A stretch of DNA of 64,000 bases from the NCBI GenBank assembly GCA_046758325.1, contig JBHHZZ010000005.1, forward strand, positions 150 through 64,149, in the 5' to 3' direction. The notes beneath the pieces were generated by a model. That model ran no database searches and was not told the origin of the DNA. It worked only from the letters and a program-made list of their open reading frames with translations. Shown in pieces: positions 1 to 9,260 of the stretch. A program made the position numbers and the translations under genes. The first letter of the stretch is position 1; every line of letters begins with the position of its first letter. Origin of the DNA: Thermoplasmata archaeon. GTDB lineage: Archaea > Thermoplasmatota > Thermoplasmata > RBG-16-68-12 > JAJISG01.

Positions 1-107
1 GCCATCCAGATGCAGATTAGGAGCACAACGCTGAAATGGTAGTTCGCCCTAGGCCTGAACGCCCCTCCCGCGAGAAATCCGCCCAACAGATGTGGAAGGA
101 GGATAGG

Positions 108-1481
108 ATGAAATTCAAAACGATAAACCCGGCCACGGGGGAAGTCATTGCGGAACGTGAGACGATGTCCCGGGACGAGGTGTTCGCCATCGCCGAGGCC
201 TGCCATGCCGCTTTCTTGAAGTGGAGGCAACTCGACGTCTCCCAGAGAGTTCCATATCTCCTGAAACTGGCAGAGGTACTGAGGAATCGTAAGGAGAAGT
301 ATGCAAGGCTCATCACCACCGAGATGGGAAAGCCCATCAAGGATTCCTTGGCGGAAATCGAAAAGTGCGCATGGACCGCAGAGGTCTTCGCCGACAAGGC
401 CGAGAACTGGCTCAGGGAGGAGACCGTGGAAGCGGATGGAAAGAAGCACGTCGTCTCCTATGAGCCGCTTGGAGTCATCCTCTCCATCATGCCGTGGAAC
501 TTTCCGTTCTGGCAGGCGCTTCGGTTCGCCATCCCCACCCTCCTGGCAGGAAACGTCTCCATCCTGAAACACTCCAACAGCGTTCCTCAGTGTGCCCTCG
601 CCATCGAGGAGGCGTTCAGGGAAGCTGGATGTCCCGAGAACACATTCAGGACTGTGATTGCCGACCACGCCACGATTGCGGAACTCATCGCGTCCGACTT
701 CATTCAGGGCGTTTCCCTCACCGGGAGCACCGCTGCCGGGCAGAGGATCGGCGAGTTGGCGGGAAGGCACCTGAAGAAGGTCGTCCTGGAGTTGGGGGGC
801 TCTGATCCCTTCATCGTCCTGGAGGATGCGGACCTAGACATTGCCGCGAGAAATGCGGCCCTGGCCCGCACCATCAACACGGGTCAGAGCTGCATTGCCG
901 CAAAGCGATTCATAGTCGCGGAAGAGGTGGTCGAGCCCTTTTCTAAGAAGTTCGCGGAGTACCTGAACCGAGTGGTGGTCGGCGATCCCATGGAGGAGGA
1001 TACGCAGGTCGGTCCCCTGGTCAACGAGGAGGCCGCTAAAGAGATGGAAGAGCTGGTCAACGAGGCCGTCAGCAGGGGCGCCAAGGTGCTGGCCGGGGGG
1101 AAACGGCTGGAAAGGAAGGGTTACTTCTACCTGCCCACGCTCCTAACCAACGTCAGACCCGACATGAAGGTCGTGGCCCAGGAGGTCTTCGGTCCCGTGG
1201 CTCCAGTCATCGCGGTCAAGGACGAGGATGAGGCAATCAAGGTCGCCAACTCCTCCGACTTCGGCCTGGGCGGAAGCGTGTGGACCAAGGACCTTGAAAG
1301 GGGCATGAGGGTCGCCAAGCGCATCGAGGCCGGCACGGTGTTCGTGAACGAGGTCACGAAATCCGACCCCAGGATGCCTTTCGGCGGTATCAAGAAGAGC
1401 GGCCTGGGACGCGAGCTTTCGAAGTTCGGGATCAGGGAGTTCGTGAACGTCAAGGCCCTGAACGTCTACGAGCACCGGTAA
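108..1481 (+). CDS. gabD: NAD(P)-dependent succinate-semialdehyde dehydrogenase (ALDH family)
   Basis: TINPATGE start, PWNFP, ELGGSD, catalytic TGQSC, EVFGP, PFGGIKKSGLGRE; ATG at 108 follows GGAGGA. Confidence 0.85.
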   Translation: MKFKTINPATGEVIAERETMSRDEVFAIAEACHAAFLKWRQLDVSQRVPYLLKLAEVLRNRKEKYARLITTEMGKPIKDSLAEIEKCAWTAEVFADKAENWLREETVEADGKKHVVSYEPLGVILSIMPWNFPFWQALRFAIPTLLAGNVSILKHSNSVPQCALAIEEAFREAGCPENTFRTVIADHATIAELIASDFIQGVSLTGSTAAGQRIGELAGRHLKKVVLELGGSDPFIVLEDADLDIAARNAALARTINTGQSCIAAKRFIVAEEVVEPFSKKFAEYLNRVVVGDPMEEDTQVGPLVNEEAAKEMEELVNEAVSRGAKVLAGGKRLERKGYFYLPTLLTNVRPDMKVVAQEVFGPVAPVIAVKDEDEAIKVANSSDFGLGGSVWTKDLERGMRVAKRIEAGTVFVNEVTKSDPRMPFGGIKKSGLGRELSKFGIREFVNVKALNVYEHR

Positions 1482-1513
1482 GGTCTATGAGCTGATTCGG
1501 AATCGAGGCAGAC

Positions 1514-3163
1514 ATGAAAGCGGCGGACCTGTTCGTCAGATGCCTCGAAGAAGAGGGGGTCGAGTACGTCTTCGCCCTTCCTGGCGAGGAGAACCTGCAT
1601 CTTCTGGAAAGCCTTCGAACCTCGAACATCAAGGTGATCGTCAACCGCCATGAGCAGTGCTCTGCCTTCATGGCCGCCACGTATGGAAGACTCACCGGCA
1701 AGGTGGGCGTCTGCCTGGCAACCCTGGGACCCGGGGCGACCAATCTGGTGACGGGGGTTGCCTACGCCCAGCTCGGCGGGATGCCCCTCCTGGCGATTAC
1801 CGGGCAGAAGGGGATTCGCGAGAATTGGCAGGCCGATTTCCAGGTGGTGGAGGTTGTCCATATGATGGAGCCCATCACCAAACGGACCATCCAGATTCGG
1901 AGCCCCGAGAGCATCCCTAAGGAGGTTCGAGAGTCCTTCAAAGAGGCTACCACAGAAAGGCAGGGGGCCTGCCACATAGAGCTTCCGGAGGACATCGCTG
2001 TGGAAAGGGTGGAGGAGGTTTTTCAGCCCCAGAAAGCCATCCGCATTCGACGACCGGCGCCGAACACGGAAGCCATCAAGCTGGCAGCTGAGTCGATCAG
2101 GACAGCCAAGGATCCGGTCATCATCGTCTCAAGCAGGGCACAGAGACGCAGTGTCCGAGAGAGTCTCAGGAGTCTCTGTGACCAGACCAACCTCTATGTC
2201 ATCCACACCCAGCTTGGGAAGGGGGCGCTGGGAGACGACCACAGGAACTCCCTCTACTCCTTCGGAATTCACAAGCACGACTACGTAAACTGTGTTGTTG
2301 ACAGGGCCGACCTGATCATAACCATCGGGTATTCCACGGTGGAGTATCCGCCGAGCGTGTGGAATCACGACCTGGACAAGAGGATTCTTCATATCGATTT
2401 CGCTCCGGCATACCACGACATCTACTATTTCCCAAGCTGCGAACTGATCGGGGATATCGCCACCTCCCTGGATCTGTTGGCCAGGGAGCTGGAATCCTAT
2501 CACTATGACGGCAGCTACTGCAAGAGAATCAAGGGCCAGCTCGACGAGATGCTGTTTGTTGAAGGAGCTGATGATGAGGCCTTCCCGCCCCGGCCGAGGA
2601 GGATTGTGGCTGACTGCCAGAAGGTGCTGGATCCTCAGGATATCCTCTGCCTGGATAACGGCATCTACAAGTTGTGGTTCTCCCGACACTTCAAGACCTT
2701 TCACGTCGGGACGTTCCTTCTCGATAACACCCTGGCCTCCATGGGGGCTGGGCTTCCCAGCGCCATGGCCGCCAGGCTGGTTCACCCGGAAAGGCGGGTT
2801 CTAGCCGTATGCGGCGACGGCGGCTTCATGATGAATTCCCAGGAATTGGAGACGGCGGTACGGCTGGGTCTCAACATTGTCGTGCTGATCCTCAACGATG
2901 ACGCCTATGGCTTCATCAAATGGAAGCAGTCAACCTACAAGTATCCCAGTTTCGCCCTGGACTTCGGGAATCCCGATTTCGTGAAGTACGCCAGAAGCTA
3001 CGGAGCCGTGGGGTTCCGGGTGAAGTCCACCGAAGAACTCGTCCCCCTGCTGGAGAAGGCCTTTGCCCACGGCGGTCCGGTCATCGTGGAGTGTCCCATC
3101 GACTATTCCGAGAACTCCAAAGTCTGGGGCGAGGATCTCGACGGGATCGTCTGCCCCATGTAG
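1514..3163 (+). CDS. ThDP-dependent acetolactate-synthase-large-subunit-like enzyme (possible 2-oxoglutarate decarboxylase)
   Basis: LPGEENL, RHEQ, TLGPGATN, ThDP motif GDGGF...ND; directly follows the SSADH gene. Confidence 0.85.
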   Translation: MKAADLFVRCLEEEGVEYVFALPGEENLHLLESLRTSNIKVIVNRHEQCSAFMAATYGRLTGKVGVCLATLGPGATNLVTGVAYAQLGGMPLLAITGQKGIRENWQADFQVVEVVHMMEPITKRTIQIRSPESIPKEVRESFKEATTERQGACHIELPEDIAVERVEEVFQPQKAIRIRRPAPNTEAIKLAAESIRTAKDPVIIVSSRAQRRSVRESLRSLCDQTNLYVIHTQLGKGALGDDHRNSLYSFGIHKHDYVNCVVDRADLIITIGYSTVEYPPSVWNHDLDKRILHIDFAPAYHDIYYFPSCELIGDIATSLDLLARELESYHYDGSYCKRIKGQLDEMLFVEGADDEAFPPRPRRIVADCQKVLDPQDILCLDNGIYKLWFSRHFKTFHVGTFLLDNTLASMGAGLPSAMAARLVHPERRVLAVCGDGGFMMNSQELETAVRLGLNIVVLILNDDAYGFIKWKQSTYKYPSFALDFGNPDFVKYARSYGAVGFRVKSTEELVPLLEKAFAHGGPVIVECPIDYSENSKVWGEDLDGIVCPM

Positions 3164-3302
3164 TGTGTTTCGCCGGCATGGCAAGGAGAAAGGTACGAGG
3201 AATCCTCGCGGCTGGGACAGCTGTTGGCTGAGTCCTGGGGTCAAAACGATGGAGGAAACCTCTAAGTGCCCTTCGTAGCATACTCTAGGACAGGTTTGAG
3301 GC

Positions 3303-3464
3303 ATGCCGAGATGCGCGTACTGCGGTGAGGAAATCGAAGTGGGGATGGAGTTCTACGTGGAGACGGGAGATCCGAGCGAGCAGCGGACGGCCCTGACGGT
3401 GGCTTGCCCAGATTGCGCGGCCGACTTCCCTGACAAGTTCCGCCCGCCACCCTCGAGGCCGTGA
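3303..3464 (+). CDS. Small zinc-finger microprotein (53 aa), not in ORF track
   Basis: MPRCAYCGEEIEVG...VACPDCAADFP; two CxxC pairs; stop 4 nt before the glutaredoxin ATG. Confidence 0.7.
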   Translation: MPRCAYCGEEIEVGMEFYVETGDPSEQRTALTVACPDCAADFPDKFRPPPSRP

Positions 3465-3468
3465 TTCC

Positions 3469-3702
3469 ATGGCCGACATCATCGTATACACCACGCCGAC
3501 CTGCCCATGGTGCAAGCGGGCGAAGGCGTATCTGGAGACCAAAGGCGTCTCCTACGTCGAGAAGGACATCACGAAAGACCGGTCGTGGATTGATGAACTG
3601 CGACGCATATCGGGTCAACTGGGCATACCCGTCATCACCGACGGAACGCGCGTGGTGATTGGCTTCAACACCTCTGCCTTGGACGCCTTCGTCACCGGCT
3701 GA
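3469..3702 (+). CDS. Glutaredoxin-like protein (NrdH/YruB type)
   Basis: YTTPTCPWC active site, GIPV cis-Pro, IGF end. Confidence 0.9.
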   Translation: MADIIVYTTPTCPWCKRAKAYLETKGVSYVEKDITKDRSWIDELRRISGQLGIPVITDGTRVVIGFNTSALDAFVTG

Positions 3703-3904
3703 GAATCTGGACATGGAGTAGCGGCTGACCCAGTATCCAAACTCCTACTGATGTCTGACCCTCAGGAGTCTCCAGGAGGCTCCTAGACAGTGATTGCCGG
3801 GCAGGCAGCCACGCGAATCATCTCCATCTGTGGATCCTTCAGACACGTTGAAACCTGGGCTTATTTACGGGGTATGAATCATAGGCGTGAAACTTTCTGA
3901 TGAC

Positions 3905-4273
3905 CTAAGGCTGCTGCCCCGCTGCCCATGTCATGAGAGGGATGGAGGCATCTCTGAGCCGCTTGCCTTCATCCGTCAGGGAGTACTCCACCCTCGGCGG
4001 CACCTCAGGATAGCTCTCTCTCATGAGAATACCCATCTTCTCCAGCGCTTTGAGCCTCCTAGCGAGGGTCTTGGTGCCGATTCCCTGAAGCCTCTCCTCA
4101 ATCTCGTGGAACCGCAACCTGCCGAAGTTCCCAATGGTGACAACGATGGAGAGCGTCCAACGAGACCCGAGGATGTCCATGGCCTCGTTGAGGGGACAAG
4201 GGCAGAATCCTTCGCCCTCTCTCATGGAACATCCCTCACTTCCCGATATGACAGGAAGTTCCTTTTTCGCCAT
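3905..4273 (-). CDS. HxlR/DUF24-family winged-helix regulator with Cys-rich N-terminus
   Basis: CPCPLNEAMDILGSRW, LRFHEI, KTLARRLKALE, EVPPRVEYSLT. Confidence 0.9.
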   Translation of the reverse strand: MAKKELPVISGSEGCSMREGEGFCPCPLNEAMDILGSRWTLSIVVTIGNFGRLRFHEIEERLQGIGTKTLARRLKALEKMGILMRESYPEVPPRVEYSLTDEGKRLRDASIPLMTWAAGQQP

Positions 4274-4282
4274 CAACTCCCA

Positions 4283-4301
4283 CGCTTTCCTCTTGACAGT
4301 A
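4283..4301. promoter_or_regulatory. Putative HxlR operator box in the divergent promoter, abutting TATA-like TATAAATA at 4300-4307
   Basis: TACTGTCAAGAGGAAAGCG on the regulator strand matches the box at 26992-27010 at 13 of 19 positions. Confidence 0.4.
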
Positions 4302-4330
4302 TAAATAGGAGACGAACCATATAATCTTTC

Positions 4331-4456
4331 GTGAGGACAACGTCAGTGAAGCAGACGGACGAGAAGACTCCCAGGGAAGAGAGAAGCCTTCCCATAGTGC
4401 CCGCATCGACGGAAGGGTGCACCTGCGGCTGCGGCTGCCCCTGCTGTTCTGCCTAG
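4331..4456 (+). CDS. Cys-rich small peptide (36-41 aa), metallothionein-like or RiPP-precursor-like; not in ORF track
   Basis: (V)RTTSVKQTDEKTPREERSLPIVPASTEGCTCGCGCPCCSA*; in-frame GTG at 4331 and 4346; TATA about 25 nt upstream. Confidence 0.65.
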   Translation: MRTTSVKQTDEKTPREERSLPIVPASTEGCTCGCGCPCCSA

Positions 4457-4587
4457 GCAGGGGCCCGTGACCCTGGTGCGCATTCAGGGAAGCCTCTCAA
4501 TATGCATTGCCTCGGATGCACACATGGCATGTATGAGAGGTTCTGCAGAGAAACGGGAAACAGCTGCCGCCCTATGCTAAGTGCCAA

Positions 4588-5268
4588 CTAAAGACGCCAG
4601 AAGTCTCCCGACAGACCAATAGAAGAGAAGAAGGCTGCTATTTGTTCTGGGGTTGGGCGCCCATAGTCGACTTTCAATCTATCCCGATAGAAGAATCGGC
4701 TCATTTCGACGATCTGGTTGAACGTGAGCGTGTGTCCTGATTTCTCAGGATTCTCCGCCTTCCATTCTTGGAGATGCCCTTCCGAACCGAAGAAATTCAT
4801 GTTGTTGCCACATGTATCAACGACATCATCAAACCACTGAGCCGCGGGCTTGCTGAAGTGAACTAAGACATCTGCAGGTTCCTTCTTCACAACTCGCTCG
4901 TTGCTGAGTGAGAGTTCAATGAGGTCGCCGCAGTGGAAGCAATATGCCTTGATTTGAATCGGCTGCCTCAACAGGACGTGAATCCCTATGGAATCCCATG
5001 CGCAGTTGGCATAGTAGCTCTTCCCGCTCTCGGTCTTCACAAGAAAGGGCGTGGCCATATTGGAGAAGGGCCATGCCATGAGAATTCGCTGCGTCCCTTG
5101 GAGCCTATACAGGAACCTCCCTCGCTGGAGCGAGTCCAGCGCTATAGTGGCTTCTTGTTTGCTTATCTCGAATTTCCGCATGATTTCCTCCATATGCGGC
5201 GCCCTGCATTGTTCAGCGAAGTAATCGTATACGAATTTCCTAACGAGTTTGGGAAGCTCTGAGGACAT
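4588..5268 (-). CDS. merB: Organomercurial lyase MerB-family protein
   Basis: N-terminal HTH-like region, MAWPFS, YANCAWD (catalytic Cys/Asp), CFHC, DTCGNNMNFF (second catalytic Cys). Confidence 0.8.
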   Translation of the reverse strand: MSSELPKLVRKFVYDYFAEQCRAPHMEEIMRKFEISKQEATIALDSLQRGRFLYRLQGTQRILMAWPFSNMATPFLVKTESGKSYYANCAWDSIGIHVLLRQPIQIKAYCFHCGDLIELSLSNERVVKKEPADVLVHFSKPAAQWFDDVVDTCGNNMNFFGSEGHLQEWKAENPEKSGHTLTFNQIVEMSRFFYRDRLKVDYGRPTPEQIAAFFSSIGLSGDFWRL

Positions 5269-5730
5269 GCAGAGGCAGACCGCATCTGGACATTAGAAGG
5301 TTCTGTTATGTCGACCTCGCATCTTCTGATGGCGATGAAAGTCCCAGAGACAAACGTGATTGCCAGGAGGACACCCCAGGATGGGGGAAACGTGCAACGA
5401 TGATTGAGAAGAATGTCGACCAGAGCGTAACGGAGGAAGGTCATTGCCCCACCTCCGAGATCGTATCTGGACAAGTGACAAAAAACTGCTATGCAGCGGT
5501 ATGTTGGACACATGCACAAATAGTGAAATGAAAGCTCTCAAGGGGCAGCATGAACTCGGCTCTCTCGAAGTCTTCGTTACGACTTGACAATGACGCTCGA
5601 TGTAAGGGTAGTTTTGGAACGACCTCACATGGATTTCTTTGTGGCAGCCTGCGAAGTAAGCGTGTATCCTGCTGCACCATATGGCTTGAGATGAACAGCC
5701 ACAGCTGAGGGCGTCCTAATCAGGTCTCCT

Positions 5731-6614
5731 TCACTTCCTGCTGCCCCTTCGAGCAACCATCAGAATGTGGAGTAGGACGGCGGTCATCGCGAACGCGAGG
5801 AAGGGAGTGAGGACCAGGGTCGGGTCGGTGATCACCGTCTGGTAGTAAGGGTCCTTGATAGTGTACCTTCCCGGGATGACGTAGGTCACTAGCACCGATA
5901 GCGCAAAACCGAGGATAAGCAGCAAAGGCGGAGTATGGAAGATAGCGCCCATACGGATATCTCTCGACGTGTGTTCCTCCTCTGGCGTCACGACCGCCCA
6001 GAAAAACCACAACGTGCCAAGGCCGAACAGGAGAATGGGGAAGGGAAGAGACACAAGCAGGTAGGGCGCGTCCCGACTCGCCAAGAACATGGCCTGGGGA
6101 ATGGCCACGATCCCGTATGCGACTGCCAGGAAATGATACAGAAGGGTCTCCCTCAGAAGGCGATGACGAGGGGGGTATCCACTCTGGATGTCTCATTTAG
6201 CACGCGACGGTGTCCCGCCGAGGCCACGCCCAAGGCTAATAGTCCTGAGAGGGCCAAGGGCCCACCTACAGAGATAACAAGCTCTGTTACTGAGGCGTAT
6301 TGGAACAGGCGTCCGAGGAGATCGTACCCTCCCATACCTGTCGGTGTCATTCCGATGTACGCCCCGAGAGCGCTTCCTACACGGACAAAGGGCCATCCCC
6401 GCGGTGTCGGGTGGGTGCAGCTACAAGCCAGGAAGGCGCCTGCCGCGGGAAGGAATGGAGGGAGGTAGAGGTGCACAAGCCACATATTCCACGATGGGAA
6501 GAGGAGGGGCTCGAACTGCAAGGTCCCGAAGAGCAGAAGAGCGGCGCTGCCGCCCACAAGAGCGCCTATGGGCGTGAGTCGGACACAATTCTCTTCCCAG
6601 CGACTCCGAACCAT
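5731..6614 (-). pseudogene. Multi-TM membrane protein apparently split by a frameshift (ORFs 6153-6614 and 5731-6108)
   Basis: Both ORFs are hydrophobic; one extra C in the C6 run at 6170-6175 joins them into a ~294-aa frame without stops. Confidence 0.5.
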
Positions 6615-6865
6615 TGAGTTCCGGACCGGGATGCGACTACATAGCTAAAGAACATTAGTTTCCTCTCCTCCGAAGTCTAGTCAACTTGACAATGCCCTAT
6701 TCGGACAAAGTTCAGTCCCCCTCCTGTCCACGATATGAATAGTGCTGTAGCCTGATGATTTCTTGGTACTCCCTGCAAACACCAGGTGTTGAGCCCGTCG
6801 TCGGTCGCCTGGAAGAGGGGGAGGCAGCCATGTTCATCGAGTTTATCTCGTGAGAGGCTCCTGAA

Positions 6866-7222
6866 TCAGATCCACTGTTCTCCTACCGTCCTCTCGTTCC
6901 GCACGTTGCCTGTGTTCACCGTGGACTTAGGCTCGAGCAACAACACGTGAACTTCTTCTTCGGCAATGGGCAAGTGTTCGACGCCTCTTGGAATGACTAC
7001 AAACTCACCCTCCTCTAGTCGAACATCGCCGTCTCGCAGTTTGATTAGCAATGTTCCCTTCACGACGAGAAACAGTTCATCCTCGGCAGCGTGATGATGC
7101 CAGATAAACTCCCCTCTGAGTTTGGCTAGCTTGACATGAGAATCGTTAAGTTCGCCCACGATTTTCGGACTCCAATAGTCCTGAAAGAGGCCGAATTTCT
7201 CAGCGAGGTTCACCTTTTCCAT
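6866..7222 (-). CDS. Cupin domain protein
   Basis: GEFIWHHHAAEDELF, GEFVVIPRGVEH cupin motifs. Confidence 0.9.
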   Translation of the reverse strand: MEKVNLAEKFGLFQDYWSPKIVGELNDSHVKLAKLRGEFIWHHHAAEDELFLVVKGTLLIKLRDGDVRLEEGEFVVIPRGVEHLPIAEEEVHVLLLEPKSTVNTGNVRNERTVGEQWI

Positions 7223-7398
7223 AGGTCCCTGACAACGAGGCGCGGGATACTTAGGAATTGCCCTTGCGCCAGGTCAGGGGCTGCCAGGTTCATGGATAGG
7301 CTGTGAGACAGCCTCGTCATTTCATTGTGTTGCGCCATCGCCTACATAGTTAGCAGAAGGCAAAGCCTAAGGCACCGGAGTGGATTGCAGACGCTGTA

Positions 7399-8271
7399 AT
7401 GGCTGAGGTGGTCATCTCGAAGGCCGGCCCATCCGACGAAGAGGCCATACGCCGGGTGTGTTCTGCTTGCTACAGGGACGACTACATCCTACGCATGATC
7501 GACGCGTTTCTGAACACGGGTACGGTCCTCTTGGCCTCTCTTGGTGAGGAGCCCGTAGGATTCGTGAAGGTGGGTGCGACCATGGACGGGAGCGGCTGGC
7601 TCAGCGCATTGCGTGTCGTCCCGTCAAGAAGGCGCGAGGGTATTGGCGCTACCCTTTCGCGAGCCTGTGAGGAAGTCGCCGCGGAAGCCGGTTCCAGATC
7701 CATACGCCTCTGGACTGAAAGCAAGAACGTTCCAGCGTACTCCTTGTTCGAAGCCCTGTCATATCGTCGTGTCGCCAGCTTCACCCGCTGGTGGACCAAT
7801 ATCGCGCCGGATGCCCCAGCCCCTCCGCAGAGAGCGACCCACACGAAGGGATCCTGGGACAGGATCGCTGAATCGATGATCTTTCGAGCTTCGAAGGGCT
7901 ATTTTCCCCTTGCCTTGCGATTCTGCCGCCTCAGCGATGCCTTGCTGGAGGAACTGATGGAGTCCCAGGTTCTGTACTTAGATTCTGCGGGGGCGCCCTG
8001 CGTCTTGAATCTTGAGGTTTGGAAGGCTTTCGATGAGAGGACGGTGGAACTCACCGTAATGGGCGATGATGTCCGGGCACAGGTCCAGGCTGCCACTGGC
8101 TTGGGCTCGGCGATAGGGTATGGTGCCGTAGGGATGTTCCTCCCATTCGGCGAAGCCTGGTCCGAGAGGGCGAAGTCGGCTGGGCTCGCTCGAGGGACCT
8201 GGGGCACTCACGCCTTCCTCTATGAGAAGCGCATCGCTCCCGGTGGGAGAATCGCCGATAAGTCCCGATAG
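7399..8271 (+). CDS. GNAT family N-acetyltransferase
   Basis: LRVVPSRRREGIG acetyl-CoA motif, N..AYSLFEALSY. Confidence 0.8.
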   Translation: MAEVVISKAGPSDEEAIRRVCSACYRDDYILRMIDAFLNTGTVLLASLGEEPVGFVKVGATMDGSGWLSALRVVPSRRREGIGATLSRACEEVAAEAGSRSIRLWTESKNVPAYSLFEALSYRRVASFTRWWTNIAPDAPAPPQRATHTKGSWDRIAESMIFRASKGYFPLALRFCRLSDALLEELMESQVLYLDSAGAPCVLNLEVWKAFDERTVELTVMGDDVRAQVQAATGLGSAIGYGAVGMFLPFGEAWSERAKSAGLARGTWGTHAFLYEKRIAPGGRIADKSR

Positions 8272-8512
8272 CCTCTCACTGAGGACCTCCGCTGTTCCTA
8301 TTTGACATGGGGAGATTGTGCGGAGGATTATCCGAAGCAAGAATCGGCTTGGCCAATGAAACGGGTTTTCTGTACGTCGAGGCTGACTGCTCTGATGGAG
8401 AACACCCGGCGTGACCCGAGTTGGTCGCCAGCGGAGTTTGATAGGGATATGTCAGGCACGAAAACCTGACGGTTGGCTTGAATGTGTTAGGGGTAAGACC
8501 ATATTCTCCCCC

Positions 8513-8911
8513 TCATTCCTGTAGGAACTTTCCTTCCATTTCCCGTAGCATTGAATTGCAGAAGGTGAGCATTCTCTCCCTCTCTTCTCTGCTCATCGGG
8601 GTGAGACAATTCTCCATCATTCGCGGCATCATCTCGTGCATGGTCTCCATCATATCCTCTGAGCCCATCGATTCCATGCACCCCTTCATCATTTCTGGCA
8701 TCATTTGGGACATCATTTCCTTCATCTGCTGGGGATCCCCGCCACCCGTTGACTCCATCATCTTGGGCATCATCCCCATCATAATCTTCTGCATCTCCTG
8801 TGGCGTCATATCTGTGAAGAACTTCTCCATCATGCTATCCATCATTTCCATCTTCTCTTCCTTGCCCATCCTCCTCATCATCCGATCCATCATGCGCTCT
8901 TTGAACGACAT
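8513..8911 (-). CDS. Methionine-rich helical protein (132 aa, about 39 Met)
   Basis: ATG at 8911 after GGTGA; repeated MMPxMM units. Confidence 0.75.
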   Translation of the reverse strand: MSFKERMMDRMMRRMGKEEKMEMMDSMMEKFFTDMTPQEMQKIMMGMMPKMMESTGGGDPQQMKEMMSQMMPEMMKGCMESMGSEDMMETMHEMMPRMMENCLTPMSREERERMLTFCNSMLREMEGKFLQE

Positions 8912-9079
8912 CTCATCACCTTGTAGGGAGGGGTCTGAAGGCTTCTTAACCCTTTCTGCGCAACCATGTGCCGGGCCATATGCAAGATCTGGGTGACAGG
9001 GTGGCGGCCAACGGAAGTTCATCCAATGTTCAAATAGTAAGTCATGGCGCCGGCTTCCGTGATACTCTCAAAGCAAAAG

Positions 9080-9152
9080 TGGGCTCAGCCGGATTCGAAC
9101 CGGCGACCTTCGCCGTGTGAGGGCGACGTCATAACCGCTAGACCATGAGCCC
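9080..9152 (-). tRNA. tRNA-Val(CAC)
   Basis: GGGCTCA acceptor stem, TCGCC-CTCACAC-GGCGA anticodon arm, GGTTCGAATCC T-loop; no encoded CCA. Confidence 0.95.
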
Positions 9153-9260
9153 ATCTGAGGGAAGGCCAGGAGGCGTTAAATCTCTTTTGTTACGGCGCCA
9201 CCTTCCAAGTCGGGCGTAGGCAACCTTTATGGGAGCTAGTCCGATGCCACCACGAGGCCT

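Noticed and set aside
4331..5268. Selenocysteine recoding suggested by the nearby hairpin
   Set aside because: Neither the peptide nor merB has an in-frame TGA
5280..5700. Short ORFs upstream of merB, possibly a decayed membrane gene
   Set aside because: No recognisable motif or consistent frame
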